From: a virus
Length of the DNA stretch: 64,000 nucleotides
Reading direction: 5' to 3' (one strand)
IMG/VR virus record: IMGVR_UViG_3300031162_001603
Coordinates: 253 to 64,252 of that record
In this document: piece after piece, positions 35,652-47,000 of the stretch
Layout of the letters: every line of letters starts with the position of its first letter
How positions within the stretch are numbered: the first letter of the stretch is position 1
Program-made: the position numbers and the translations under genes
Notes under the pieces: model-generated
What the model was told of the DNA's origin: nothing
Databases searched by the model: none
What the model saw: the letters and a program-made list of their open reading frames with translations, nothing else

Positions 35652-38342
35652 ATGGCAACAATATTTGTTTCACCTGGTGTATTTACAAGAGAGCAAGATT
35701 TCACAATCTTTGCATCAAGAATAGGTATTACAAGGTTGGGAGTAGTTGGTAAGACCTTAAAAGGGCCTGCCTTCGAACCAATTAAAATAAGAACTACAGA
35801 CGACTACTTGGCAAGATTTGGGTCTACAGACCCTAATTACCCTCTTCCTTATGTAGCTAATTCATTCTTAGCACAATCAAACGAACTAACTGTAACGAGA
35901 GTTTTAGGAAGTGATGGATTTACAAACTCACCAGCATGGATAATCATGGCTGATGTTTCTACGACTTATTCAGGAAACACAACTCAATCAGGTATGACAC
36001 TTACTGTGTCAGAACAAGCTGCTGGTAGCAACTGGACATTCACTACATCTGGAAATACTGTAAACCCTTCAAAGTTATCAGCATCAACTGTTGGTACTGA
36101 TATATTCGTAGACTACAATACAAACAGTGGTAGTACCTCAACTGTAGAGTGGTTAGCAGCATTAAACGCAACTGCTTTTAGCGGAATGGGTATTAGTGTT
36201 TCAGGGACGGACTCTACTTCATATCTTGGAGGAAACATTACATTCAATCTTTCGGGAGATACAATTGAAGCTAATGGCTCTAAGTCAGGTTCTACACTTG
36301 CGGTAATTAGAAGTAAGAGAAATCAGCTTGATAACTCATTTTACTTCGATGAAGAAAGTGATATTACAATTGGAGCACTTACATCTACACTTGGAAGCTT
36401 TATTCTTAGTGGTGCAACTGGGCCTCTTACTGCTCAAACAAATAGCGGATTTACAGTTTCACTTGATGAAACAAGAGAAGATTATATAACTAAAATACTT
36501 GGACAAAATCCAGAGATTATAGAAGGAGCGCCTCAGCTTTACGTTGAAAGCATCTACCCTCATTTTGTTAGAGAAGCAAGTGCTAGAGGTGATATAGAAT
36601 CTCTTAATCCAACACTAGCCTATACAAATGAAGCATCTTATACAGATTATGCTGATGGTTATACAAATGCAATTACTCCATGGGTTGTGTCAAGAGTAAT
36701 TGGTGGTGATGTTAAAAACTTATTTAGAGTACAAACTATAGCTGATGGTGACGCTTCAAATAGAGAAGTAAAAATCTCTATAGCGAACATTGACATCAAC
36801 AATTATACATTCGATATCATCGTAAGAAGATTTGAAGATACAGATGCAACAGCATCATCTACAGCTATTGAAAGATGGTCAAACCTCTCTCTTAGAGAAG
36901 AAGATGCAAATTATATTGCTAAGGTAATTGGTACAACTGATGAAACTTTCCCAAGAAAGTCAAGTTTCATTACAATTGACCTTGCGCCTTCATTCCCAAG
37001 GAATACAGTTCCTGCAGGATTTAGAGGATATGACTTAAGGGATTCTGGAATTTCAGGTTCTACTTCTGCTGGTGTATATTACAAAACTGATTACTTATCA
37101 GGAGATTCAACATTCAAAACATACCTTGGTATTTCTGAGCTTGGATATGAAAACTTTACAACTGACCAAGTATCATCAAGAACTGCAATTAAAAGTATCG
37201 AAGCTGATTTATTTAATTATGCAGGTGGTGTAACTACAGATATAACTACTGTTAAAGGTTTCCACATGGAAAACACAGCTGATTCAACAGCATTCGTTAG
37301 TGGTGATGAAAATTCACTTACTGGATATACAAATGCAGCTGGAACATTAATTGATAGAAATAAACTTAAATTTACACTTGTACCTTACGGAGGATTTGAT
37401 GGATGGGATAAGTACAAAACTTATACAGACCTTTACGAAGAGTTTACAGATTCTTACACAGAAAATGTTAATTCATTCAAAAATGCTCTTAACGAAATGG
37501 CAAACCCAGAAGTTGTAGACATTAACGTTCTTGCTACTCCAGGTGTTGACTACAGTAATAACTCAACAGTTGTTAAGTACGCACTTGATATTGTAGAAGA
37601 TAGAACTGATATAATCTACGTAATTGATGCGCCAAGACTTACAAGTGGTTCTGTAAAAGGAACTCCAGAAGAGATAGTCTCAAGACTTGAAGCAACTGGT
37701 ATTGATAGCAACTATGCTGCAACATACTGGCCTTGGATTCAAATTGAAGACCCTAACTCAGGTAAGTATACTTATCAATCGCCTACAATGATGGCAGTAC
37801 AAGCTTACGCACTTACAGATAATGTAGCTGCACCATGGTTTGCTCCTGCAGGACTTAATAGAGGTTTAGCTGGACCACAAGTTGTGAGAGCTGATGTTAG
37901 ATTGAACAACAGTGATAGGGACACACTTTATCAAGGTAGAGTTAATCCAATTGCAACGTTTGTACAACAAGGTGTTTGTATTTGGGGACAAAAAACTCTT
38001 CAAGTTAGACAATCATCTCTTGATAGAATTAATATCAGAAGATTATTACTTCAAGTTAGAAGATTAGTATCTGCTGCATCTCTTACATTATTGTTCGAAC
38101 AAAACGACCAAACATTGAGAGACCAGTTCTTAGCGAAAGTTGAGCCTTTACTTCTTCAAATTCAAAATCAAAGAGGTTTAACTGCCTTTAAGGTTGTGAT
38201 GGATGATAGTAATAATACTCCAGATACAATTGACAGAAACACGTTAGTTGGGAAGATTCAACTTCAGCCTACAAGAACTGCTGAATTTATTGACCTTACT
38301 TTTCAAGTTTTACCCACGGGAGCACGCTTTGAAGATTTTTGA
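35652..38342 (+). CDS. Tail sheath protein (gp18-like)
   Basis: FVSPGVFTREQD, GKTLKGPAFEP, DSNYAATYWPW, WFAPAGLNRG, RDTLYQGRVNPI, IWGQKTLQ, LDRINIRRLL, PTRTAEFI. Confidence 0.96.
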   Translation: MATIFVSPGVFTREQDFTIFASRIGITRLGVVGKTLKGPAFEPIKIRTTDDYLARFGSTDPNYPLPYVANSFLAQSNELTVTRVLGSDGFTNSPAWIIMADVSTTYSGNTTQSGMTLTVSEQAAGSNWTFTTSGNTVNPSKLSASTVGTDIFVDYNTNSGSTSTVEWLAALNATAFSGMGISVSGTDSTSYLGGNITFNLSGDTIEANGSKSGSTLAVIRSKRNQLDNSFYFDEESDITIGALTSTLGSFILSGATGPLTAQTNSGFTVSLDETREDYITKILGQNPEIIEGAPQLYVESIYPHFVREASARGDIESLNPTLAYTNEASYTDYADGYTNAITPWVVSRVIGGDVKNLFRVQTIADGDASNREVKISIANIDINNYTFDIIVRRFEDTDATASSTAIERWSNLSLREEDANYIAKVIGTTDETFPRKSSFITIDLAPSFPRNTVPAGFRGYDLRDSGISGSTSAGVYYKTDYLSGDSTFKTYLGISELGYENFTTDQVSSRTAIKSIEADLFNYAGGVTTDITTVKGFHMENTADSTAFVSGDENSLTGYTNAAGTLIDRNKLKFTLVPYGGFDGWDKYKTYTDLYEEFTDSYTENVNSFKNALNEMANPEVVDINVLATPGVDYSNNSTVVKYALDIVEDRTDIIYVIDAPRLTSGSVKGTPEEIVSRLEATGIDSNYAATYWPWIQIEDPNSGKYTYQSPTMMAVQAYALTDNVAAPWFAPAGLNRGLAGPQVVRADVRLNNSDRDTLYQGRVNPIATFVQQGVCIWGQKTLQVRQSSLDRINIRRLLLQVRRLVSAASLTLLFEQNDQTLRDQFLAKVEPLLLQIQNQRGLTAFKVVMDDSNNTPDTIDRNTLVGKIQLQPTRTAEFIDLTFQVLPTGARFEDF

Positions 38343-38382
38343 TAACTTACTGATAATCAGACAGTTACAAGATAAATTAAAG

Positions 38383-38414
38383 AAAAAAGAGATTCGAAAG
38401 AGTCTCTTTTTTTT
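38383..38414 (+). terminator. Intrinsic terminator with GAAA tetraloop
   Basis: aaaaaagagattc-gaaa-gagtctctttttt; near copy of the capsid terminator. Confidence 0.85.
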
Positions 38415-38484
38415 ATTTATATTTTTTTTGTATTTACTATGTATAAAATTGTTTTAGTTTCTATTTATATAAAAGCTGCATAAT

Positions 38485-38964
38485 ATGTCTGGTATATACT
38501 TCCATCCAATAAAAAGAATATTCTTAAACCTATCAGGTGGTACTGTAACAGGGGATACGATATTTACTGAAGGGGTTTATGCTACTCGTTTATCTGGAGG
38601 AACCATTTACTCAGGAGCAACAGAGCTTACAACTATAATTCAAAATGTAGCAACCTCTTTTTCAGGTATAACTGGAGCCTTTTTGCCAATTACTGGAGGA
38701 ACTGGAGGTGCGTATAAATTTACAGGAGGCACAACAGCTGATACAGTTACAGTTGTAACAACAATAGCACCATCAGTTGATAACACAGTAGACATAGGGA
38801 GCCCTATAAGGAGATTTAGGTCACTTAATACAGTAGAAGGTATATCAGTCAATTTTACAGCTTCAACGAGCGTTAAAACAGCTAAACTATATCTGGGAAC
38901 AAAAACAATTACTGACACTAACATTATTTTAACAGGACAATGTATTGATGGAGGAAGTTGGTAA
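38485..38964 (+). CDS. Small Thr/Gly-rich fibre or decoration protein
   Basis: SGGT/TGGT-rich; ends IDGGSW. Confidence 0.7.
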   Translation: MSGIYFHPIKRIFLNLSGGTVTGDTIFTEGVYATRLSGGTIYSGATELTTIIQNVATSFSGITGAFLPITGGTGGAYKFTGGTTADTVTVVTTIAPSVDNTVDIGSPIRRFRSLNTVEGISVNFTASTSVKTAKLYLGTKTITDTNIILTGQCIDGGSW

Positions 38965-39008
38965 TTACAATAAAAAAACTATTTATAACAAAGAAATAAC
39001 AAAAAATC

Positions 39009-40784
39009 ATGGGTGAAATTAGACAAGCAACTCTATTAATTAGAGATAAATTAACTACAGGTGGTGCATTGCCATCTAACACTTTAATGGCAGAGCCATT
39101 TGTAAACTTATACGATGGTGTATTACAGTTTTCAGGTGTAACTGGAGGCGGATACGAGCCATCTTCTGTGGCAAGTGTTTTTGAAGTAGGTTCTACACTT
39201 TATAATTCAAAAATAACAAACAGACTTAATATTAATGATAATTTTATTATCAGTGGTGATACTGGACTTATTTCAACTTATGGAGCAACTTCAGGAGCTG
39301 GGCTTGTAGGGAAATTTCTTTCAGGTACAACAAGTGGATTTGTTCTTGGAAATATAGTTGATATTCAAGGTGTAACTACAAGAGTTCAGCCAGGAACAAA
39401 TATAACAACTGGCGGCACAGCTGATAACCCAACTGTAAACCTTGTTGATTCTCCTTCTATAAATGGATTAACTGCATCTGGAACATCTAATTTCACTGGA
39501 GTAATTCAATCTGGCGGAACTGACCTTTATAATATTTTCCTTACATCAGGAGACCTCTCAGGAACAACAGTTAGCGCTGGTTCAAATGTTAGTGTAAATA
39601 ATGTAGGAAATGACTATGAGGTATCTGTTATTGATTCTCCTTCTTTTAATGATATTACATTCTCAGGAACTGCAACTGGCGGAGACGCAATTGTAGGGGA
39701 AATGTCTGCGACCACTTTCTATTCAGGAAGTACTGATGTAGAAACTATAATTTATAATATAGCTGAGTCTATTTCTGGAACTCATACATTTGTTCAAAAC
39801 GGAACAAACACATTAACTGGTGGAACAGATTTATTACCAACTGTAAACATTGTTGATTCTCCATCTTTTAACAACATTGAGTTCTCAGGAACCGCAACTG
39901 GAGGTAATGTTTTTGCAACTGAATTAAGCGGTGGAACAATATACTCTGGAAGTACAGATTTATATAGTATTTTCCAACAAGTAGGAGCTGATACTAATCA
40001 TACATATGTCCAAAATGGAACAAATATAATAACTGGAGGAACTACTGCAGAGCCAACAATTAATCTTGTTGATTCTCCTTCTATAAATGGATTAACTGCG
40101 TCTGGAACATCTAATTTCACAGGAGTTATTCAATCGGGCGGAACTGACCTTTATAGCATATTTGCTACAGAAGATACAGTAGATGTTGTAAGGGTTCAAG
40201 GTGGAACAAATATTACAACTGGAGGTACAGATAATTTCCCTGTTGTAAACGTTATAGATTCTCCAGTATTTGCAGGACTCGTTTCTGCTACTGGATTCAC
40301 AGACTCAAGTTTAACAGCAGGAAGAGTTACTTACGCAGGAGTTGGAGGAAGACTTACGGACGAAGCGTTATTTGAATATGATGCAGTAGCTGATTTACTT
40401 AAGACACAAAATATTCAAATAGGTAATCCAGGAGATACTGGAACTACAACTACAATATTTGGAGACCTCCTCATAATGGGTGAAGGAATAAGTGGGTTTA
40501 CATCTGAGCTTTACATTGAAGATAATTTAATTGAACTTAATTATAATCCAACAGCATCTACAATTTCAACGTCTCTTGGAGCAGGTTGGTCAATTCAAGA
40601 TGGTTCTGGTGTAGGTGGTACAGATGTTTTTTGGGATATTAGAGGGGCAGCTACAGGGGTTGCAAATCGTGAATTTACAACCAACTTAGTAAACATTAGA
40701 GTGGCAGAAAGCGGAACAACAGCTTCTCCAAACGGATTGTATGTATTGAAATCCACAGATGTGATAGATGGAGGGTCATACTGA
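39009..40784 (+). CDS. Repeat-containing fibre/appendage protein
   Basis: About five VQ.GTN..TGGT...PT(V/I)N(L/I)VDSP modules; ends IDGGSY. Confidence 0.75.
   Translation: MGEIRQATLLIRDKLTTGGALPSNTLMAEPFVNLYDGVLQFSGVTGGGYEPSSVASVFEVGSTLYNSKITNRLNINDNFIISGDTGLISTYGATSGAGLVGKFLSGTTSGFVLGNIVDIQGVTTRVQPGTNITTGGTADNPTVNLVDSPSINGLTASGTSNFTGVIQSGGTDLYNIFLTSGDLSGTTVSAGSNVSVNNVGNDYEVSVIDSPSFNDITFSGTATGGDAIVGEMSATTFYSGSTDVETIIYNIAESISGTHTFVQNGTNTLTGGTDLLPTVNIVDSPSFNNIEFSGTATGGNVFATELSGGTIYSGSTDLYSIFQQVGADTNHTYVQNGTNIITGGTTAEPTINLVDSPSINGLTASGTSNFTGVIQSGGTDLYSIFATEDTVDVVRVQGGTNITTGGTDNFPVVNVIDSPVFAGLVSATGFTDSSLTAGRVTYAGVGGRLTDEALFEYDAVADLLKTQNIQIGNPGDTGTTTTIFGDLLIMGEGISGFTSELYIEDNLIELNYNPTASTISTSLGAGWSIQDGSGVGGTDVFWDIRGAATGVANREFTTNLVNIRVAESGTTASPNGLYVLKSTDVIDGGSY
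39441..40155 (+). repeat. Near-identical ~91-nt direct repeat (39441-39531 and 40065-40155)
   Basis: cttgttgattctccttctataaatggattaactgc...gacctttata occurs at both sites. Confidence 0.85.
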
Positions 40785-40812
40785 GACTAGGTGACACTTT
40801 AATAATTAATAC

Positions 40813-40847
40813 AAAAAAAGCCACTCTTAATTGAGTGGCTTTTTTTT
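40813..40847. terminator. Bidirectional terminator between convergent genes
   Basis: aaaaaaagccactc-ttaatt-gagtggctttttttt. Confidence 0.9.
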
Positions 40848-40884
40848 GTAATATAAATTATAATTCGCAGAATAATCTACAAAC

Positions 40885-41244
40885 TTAGTAAGGATTAACA
40901 TCTCCTGGGATGTCTATTTGAATTTGTCCGTTTTGAGGAATAGATAATTTATTCCCATCTGAATATAATAATTGAAACTCTCCTTTAAATCTTCCAGCTT
41001 CATTAGTATCTTCTGCGTCCCAATTATATTGTATTGTTCCTGCGGAGAAAGAAATTATCTGTGCTGACTTAGCAAAGATTTTATAATCCCCACAATCGTT
41101 GGCCATAGTAAAGGTAACACCAGTTACGCCCGTAAGATTAAATGATTCTTTACCTCCAAGACATCCTCTATCAATTAAGCAAAGCTGTAAAGCTGGTAGT
41201 GTATCGTTTCTTTTTATTATGAATTCGTTTTTATTTTGTGGCAT
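40885..41244 (-). CDS. BppU-like Ig-fold virion protein
   Basis: IIKRNDTLPAL, GTIQYNWDAEDT..GRFKGEFQLLYSDG..LSIP. Confidence 0.7.
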   Translation of the reverse strand: MPQNKNEFIIKRNDTLPALQLCLIDRGCLGGKESFNLTGVTGVTFTMANDCGDYKIFAKSAQIISFSAGTIQYNWDAEDTNEAGRFKGEFQLLYSDGNKLSIPQNGQIQIDIPGDVNPY

Positions 41245-41251
41245 AGCTTAA

Positions 41252-41641
41252 TTAATTATAGATTCCTAATATTTCGTATTCAATAGGTGTTGTATCACTT
41301 ATTTCATAATCCAGACCATTAGCTATATTGAAAGGTTTAATTCTAAATCTTGTATTTAGTTTTTTATCTAATGGAGCGTCTGTAGTATATTGAACGTAAA
41401 AAACTAAATCATATGTAACATCAGATGAATACAATTCTGGAGTTAGGTCTGCGTAAAAAATACCAGTTTCTTCTTCTGTTAAAGGAATTCCAGTTTCAAC
41501 CATAGTTGCTGACTCTGTCCCACCAGTTCCTGCTACAAAAGAGGATGCAGTAACCGAAATAGGTGTAATAAGCGTATAAGCATCTTCTGTTCCAGATGTT
41601 GATACACAATAGAATTTTCTATATAATCTTAATAGTCCCAT
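41252..41641 (-). CDS. Hypothetical virion protein (Ig-like)
   Basis: TGIFYADL...YDLVFYVQY; operon with the tube gene. Confidence 0.55.
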   Translation of the reverse strand: MGLLRLYRKFYCVSTSGTEDAYTLITPISVTASSFVAGTGGTESATMVETGIPLTEEETGIFYADLTPELYSSDVTYDLVFYVQYTTDAPLDKKLNTRFRIKPFNIANGLDYEISDTTPIEYEILGIYN

Positions 41642-41649
41642 GGTTACTT

Positions 41650-41690
41650 AAAAAAACAAACCTTGAACGCTCAATAGCACCCAAGGTTTG
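41650..41690 (-). terminator. Terminator hairpin downstream of the tail tube gene
   Basis: Minus strand caaaccuug...caagguuug followed by a U-run. Confidence 0.7.
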
Positions 41691-41719
41691 CGTTAATATT
41701 TATATAATATAATAATTAC

Positions 41720-42208
41720 TTATGCAGCAAGTAAACATCTGTCTGGTTGGACAGTAATGTTAACCATTGCAACATCATCAGCACTATAGTCATAATCATC
41801 AAATGAAGCATTTGTGATTTGACAACCGATAAGTGTCCATTTTTCAACTTCAACACCAGTCGGGTCAAGCGCCTTAAGCACAAGATTCTTTTTATATCCA
41901 ATTGCGTATCCCATTCTACCAGTTGCAGACTCGAAATGAAGTCTTACCCATTCCATAACTTTCTGTGTAGTAGATGGTCCTATTACATCAATAAATGAAA
42001 TATCAATTGTTGACCAAACAGAACGACCAGCAACCCAAGTTGACGTGTTCATATATTGAATTTCAGTGGAACCTATCTCAAGTGATGGTTTCCCTGAGGT
42101 CTGTACCAAGAATGATTCTATACCAAGTTCCGTTGGGAATTCCAGCACGAATCTATTTTTTCTTTTTGGTTCCTGTTCAATTGGAACAGGTCTAAACATA
42201 TCAGCCAT
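41720..42208 (-). CDS. Tail tube protein (gp19-like)
   Basis: EPKRKNRFVLEF, KPSLEI, WVAGRSVWSTIDISF, GYKKNLVLKALDPTGVEVEKWTL, TVQPDRC; start moved to ATG 42208. Confidence 0.92.
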   Translation of the reverse strand: MADMFRPVPIEQEPKRKNRFVLEFPTELGIESFLVQTSGKPSLEIGSTEIQYMNTSTWVAGRSVWSTIDISFIDVIGPSTTQKVMEWVRLHFESATGRMGYAIGYKKNLVLKALDPTGVEVEKWTLIGCQITNASFDDYDYSADDVAMVNITVQPDRCLLAA

Positions 42209-42311
42209 AATTTTTTGTTTTATTAGTTGTTTTCTATTAATAAATAATAAGAAAATTTTTTTTTGTTTATTTTTTTTTTCTATATTTACATAAACACAAC
42301 AACTTTGATAT

Positions 42312-44024
42312 ATGGAAAAGGAATGCATGGTTTGCAAAAACATTTTTGAAACAGGAAGACATAAGGGGACAAAGACTTGTGGAAAATTATGTCTAAAAAT
42401 TCACAGAGAAAATACTAAGGAAGATAGGATAAGAAAATCTAAGGAAGCTATGATTAAGAAATATGGAGTAGACCACCCATCAAAGATACCTGGATTTTCT
42501 GACAAAGTAAAGAAGACTAAAAAAGAAAACCATGGAAGTGAGACTTATAATAATAGAGATAAGGCAAAGAATACTATGAAAAAAGAGCATGGAGTAGATA
42601 ATCCCATGCAAATAGATTCAGTAAAAGATAAAGTAAAGAAAACTAAAAAAGAAAATCACGGAAGCGAGACCTATAATAATAGAGATAAGGCAAAGGAAAC
42701 TATTAAAAAAGAATATGGAGTAGACCATCATTTACAGTTGAAAGAATTTTTAGACAAACAAATAAAGACTAATAAAGAAAAGAACGGAGTTAGCTATAAT
42801 GTATTAACAGAAAAAAGTAAAGAAAATCTAATAAAGAAAAACAATATAAAATTTGGTTCAGATTATTATTTTTCTTCTTTAGAGTATTTAAAAGAATCAA
42901 AAGATGAAAAACTAGCAAGATTAAGAGAGATTTTAAAAGAAAGAAAGTTATCAATACCAAAAGAGTTTGATGAAAATTATAATGGAATAAGGGAGATACA
43001 AGAAGATGGGAAAATAAAATATAAAAAATATGAGATTAAGTGTGAGAAGTGTGAAAATAAATTCGAATCAAGAGTTGTCTCTACTGCACTAATTTGCAGA
43101 GTTTGTTATCCAATTGAGTCAGGGTCAATTATACAAAGAGAAATGAAAGCGTATATAGAATCAATAATTGGAAATAATTTTAAGGAAAATGATAGAGAAA
43201 AAATTAAACCACATGAATTAGATTTCTATATTGAAGATAAAAATGTAGCAATTGAATTAAATGGTAATTATTATCATTCAGAAATAAGTGGAAACAAAGA
43301 TAAAAAATATCATATTTCAAAAACAGAAAAATGTAATAGAGAGGGGGTTAATTTAATTCATGTTTTTGAAGATGAATGGCTTTTAAAAAATGACATAGTA
43401 AAATCAAGGTTAAAAAATGTTTTAGAAAAAACTGATAATAAAATATTCGCAAGGAAGTGTGTTGTAAGAGAAATAACTTCAAAAGAAAAAACTGATTTCA
43501 TGAAAGTCAATCATATGCAAGGTGATTGTGTAGATAAAATAAGGGTTGGAATGTTTTATAGGGAAGAGCTAGTTTCTGTGATGACTTTTGGAAAACCAAG
43601 ACTTGCTCTTGGAATAAGAGGGGATAAAAAAGACAAAGAAGGTCAATATGAATTAATAAGATTTTGTTCTTCATTAAACACTTCTGTAATAGGAGGTTTT
43701 GGTAAGGTGTTAAAATATTTTACAAGAACATACAGTCCAAAAAAAATTATAACCTATGCAGACTGTAGATGGTCTGGAATTGATTATGAAAAAACTGTTT
43801 ATTTTAATAACGGATTTAGTTTTATAAAAAGAACAGCTCCATCATATTATTATGTTAAAACTAGTAATTATTTAGAAAGAAAACATAGATTTTCATTAAA
43901 TAAAATTAAGTTATTAAAAATGTATGGTGGAGATAAAAATAAAACTGGACAAGAATTGGCAGTAGAAAATGGATACGATAGGATATGGGATTGTGGTGCT
44001 ATGTCATTTGAAATTATTTTATAA
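42312..44024 (+). CDS. Second Hef-like homing endonuclease (KYGVDHP repeats, PD-(D/E)xK nuclease, GNAT-like C-terminus)
   Basis: KYGVDHPSK/HGVDNPMQ repeats, CEKC..CRVC, ELDFYIEDKNVAIELNGNYYHSE, ITYADCRWS, YDRIWDCG. Confidence 0.75.
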   Translation: MEKECMVCKNIFETGRHKGTKTCGKLCLKIHRENTKEDRIRKSKEAMIKKYGVDHPSKIPGFSDKVKKTKKENHGSETYNNRDKAKNTMKKEHGVDNPMQIDSVKDKVKKTKKENHGSETYNNRDKAKETIKKEYGVDHHLQLKEFLDKQIKTNKEKNGVSYNVLTEKSKENLIKKNNIKFGSDYYFSSLEYLKESKDEKLARLREILKERKLSIPKEFDENYNGIREIQEDGKIKYKKYEIKCEKCENKFESRVVSTALICRVCYPIESGSIIQREMKAYIESIIGNNFKENDREKIKPHELDFYIEDKNVAIELNGNYYHSEISGNKDKKYHISKTEKCNREGVNLIHVFEDEWLLKNDIVKSRLKNVLEKTDNKIFARKCVVREITSKEKTDFMKVNHMQGDCVDKIRVGMFYREELVSVMTFGKPRLALGIRGDKKDKEGQYELIRFCSSLNTSVIGGFGKVLKYFTRTYSPKKIITYADCRWSGIDYEKTVYFNNGFSFIKRTAPSYYYVKTSNYLERKHRFSLNKIKLLKMYGGDKNKTGQELAVENGYDRIWDCGAMSFEIIL

Positions 44025-44093
44025 AACGAATTATTTATTTCTATTTATAGAAAGCCTATATAGGCTTTTTATTAAAGAATTATATAATTCAAC

Positions 44094-47000
44094 ATGGCAG
44101 ATAACAGAAGCGCTCGTTTAATAACAAAGAGAACTACTGTACCTGGCAAGATTCCATCTGGAACAACTGGAAATGAGACTAATCTAATCCAGTCTGGAGA
44201 ACTTGCATCTAACTTATCAGACAAGAAGCTGTGGGGTTATAACGGTACAAATGTGTTCGAATACGGTTCAAATTCATTTTTGGGACTAACAGGAGGTACG
44301 ATTACTGGTAACACGAGAGTGATTGGTAGTTTTAGTGCTGATACTCTATATTCAGGCTCTACCGATGTTGAAACAATCATAAGAAATTTAATTTCAACAG
44401 ACACTTATACGTTTGTTCAACCAGGCTCAAATATAATAACAGGAGGAACTACACAGCTTCCAGTAATTAGTACAGTTGACTCTCCATTCTTTAATAATAT
44501 TACTATATCTGGAGACACAAGTCTTCAAGGAACAACAGCGACAACAATATCTGCAACAACAATTGCTGTTGGAGATTATGTTGATTTTTATTCTGGAACA
44601 ACTGGTAGCACAGACCCAACTCCATTAGCTGGTAGAGTATATTATGATAATTCTGAAAATGCATTATCTTATTATCCGAATACTCCAAATATGGATGTGA
44701 CCATTAACTTAGGTCAAGAAGGTGTAGTTTTAGCTCACAATGGAACTGGGAGTATTATAACAAATGGTTCAGCTTGTCATATAAATGGTGTAAATGGAGA
44801 CGGGCATCCAACAGTTCAATTAGCAATAGCCAGCGGAGTAACAGTTGTTACGGACACAAAATTCCAAGTAACTGGTATAGCAACACATGATATAGCACCA
44901 GGTGATGATGGTTTTATAACAACTTATGGAATTGTAAGAGACCTTAATATAACTGGTGTTACACCAGGTTCTGATATTTTTCTTTCAGATACTATTGCTG
45001 GAGAATTTAATTATGATTTAAACTCAATAAGTGGCTCTTCGAGAGTGTCGAGGCTTGGGCATGTAATTTCTACTGGAACAACAACAGCATCAATTCTTGT
45101 TGAGATAGAAAACGAAGCAGCGTTAACTCTTTTATCAGCGAAGCAAGCGGAGATATTGACACAGAATAACGCATCAACAGGAGTAATTCAGGGTGGAGTT
45201 TTAACTACTGCAACAACAACAACATTTAATGTTACGTCTGGAAAGGGATATATTGCTAATAATATAGACCAATTTAATCCAATATTGAGTGAAGTAAATT
45301 GGGATGCATTTACGGGAGTTACAAGCACTTATGTTTCTGATACAGGAGAAACATTTTCTTATATTTATGTAGACATAAATGGGGGATTAGTTCAGATACC
45401 TGGTTCTACGCTGGTAACATCACAACAAAAAAGAGGGCAAATATTGCTTGGTGGTTTATTGCATGTAAGCGGACAATTGTTGCAAGCATGGGAGAGACCA
45501 GTTCCTTTAACAAATCCAATAAATCAACTTGAAGACTTATCATCAAGTATAGGTTCATTTTCTGTAACTGGAAATAGAATCTCTAAAATAACTGGAACTT
45601 TGAGTTTACAAAAATCATTGGGTACTTCTTTTTATCTTGGAGGTAATTATGATATAAATTCTCAAAACCCTAATATAATAACAGAGCCAATATTATCAGC
45701 AGATACATTCATGTATGCAGCTGGTACTGGTTTAATTGGGCTTAATGGAACAACAATAGATATTGATAATTATGACCCAAATGGTTTTGGAATTGTAACA
45801 GCATTAACGAGCAATAATTATACAGCACATAGAATATGGCATCAACCAAGTGAAAATCTTCTCATATTTCAATATGGTCAGAATGAGTATACTTCATTGG
45901 CTAGTGCAAAAGCAGATTTTTCAACATTTGATTATATTGCACCAGATTTTTTACTTAAAGAAGCTTATATTTTAGCTGTTATTATTTCTAGAAGTGGTGA
46001 ACCAGATTTAGATAACCCACTTAGGTCAATTATAGTCCCACAAGCAAAATTTGCTGGAACAGGGGGTGGTGGAACAACACCAGACACACTTCAAACAGCT
46101 TATGGGAATTCTACTAGTCCAGAAATTACTACAGATTCTTTAAGGGGCCCTGTAGATTTTAGAACTGGTGTTTTAGAAGAAAGTCAAGTTGTAACTTTTC
46201 AGAGCACTGGAGGCACTGTTAACGCATTTGTGCAGGGAGATGGTAATTCATCTTTTAAAAGCTTATCAGCAACAACGTTTTATTCGGGGTCAACAAACCT
46301 TTATGATATATTCGTTGACTCAGTGAGTGGTGGAACAAATGTAAATGTTTCTGGAACAGATGGAAATCCAACCATAAGCGTTGTTGATTCTCCTTCATTT
46401 AATAATGTATTGTTCTCAGGAACAGCAACTGGTGGAGACATTATTGCAAACTCTGTTTCTGCAACAACAATTAGTGGTTCTACAATTTATTCAGGAGGAA
46501 CAGATTTATCAAATATATTTCAAACAATACATGATATTGACCATACGCAGGTTCAACCTGGAGTAAACACATATACAGGTGGAACGATAAAGTTTCCAAC
46601 AATAAACGTTGTTGACTCACCAAGTTTTAATAATATTGAGTTCTCAGGAACAGCAACTGGTGGAGACATTATTGCAAACTCTGTTTCTGCAACAACAATA
46701 TATATCAACGGAACCAGTGTTGATAATATTTCTCACACAGGTCTTACTGAAATTGGACTTAGAACTCATCCAGAGCTTGATGACGTTTGGTCAACAATTG
46801 TTGGTTCTATTGTTGAAAATCCTAAAATTAATATTGTTGAATCTGGAGGTACTGTTAGTTTAGAATTAGAGCAAGATGGGGGCGGAGATTTGACTCTTAA
46901 TTTAACAGGAGGCTCGTATGTGTTTGATTCTACACCAGCTGTGAGTATCGCATTAACTAGCGGGACTGACACAGTTCCAGTCCTTAATTATATTTATATT

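Noticed and set aside
41716-42343. Longer tube start (42343) and short overlapping ORFs
   Set aside because: ATG 42208 follows the late motif at 42240-46 and gives a typical gp19 N-terminus; the extension overlaps the endonuclease start
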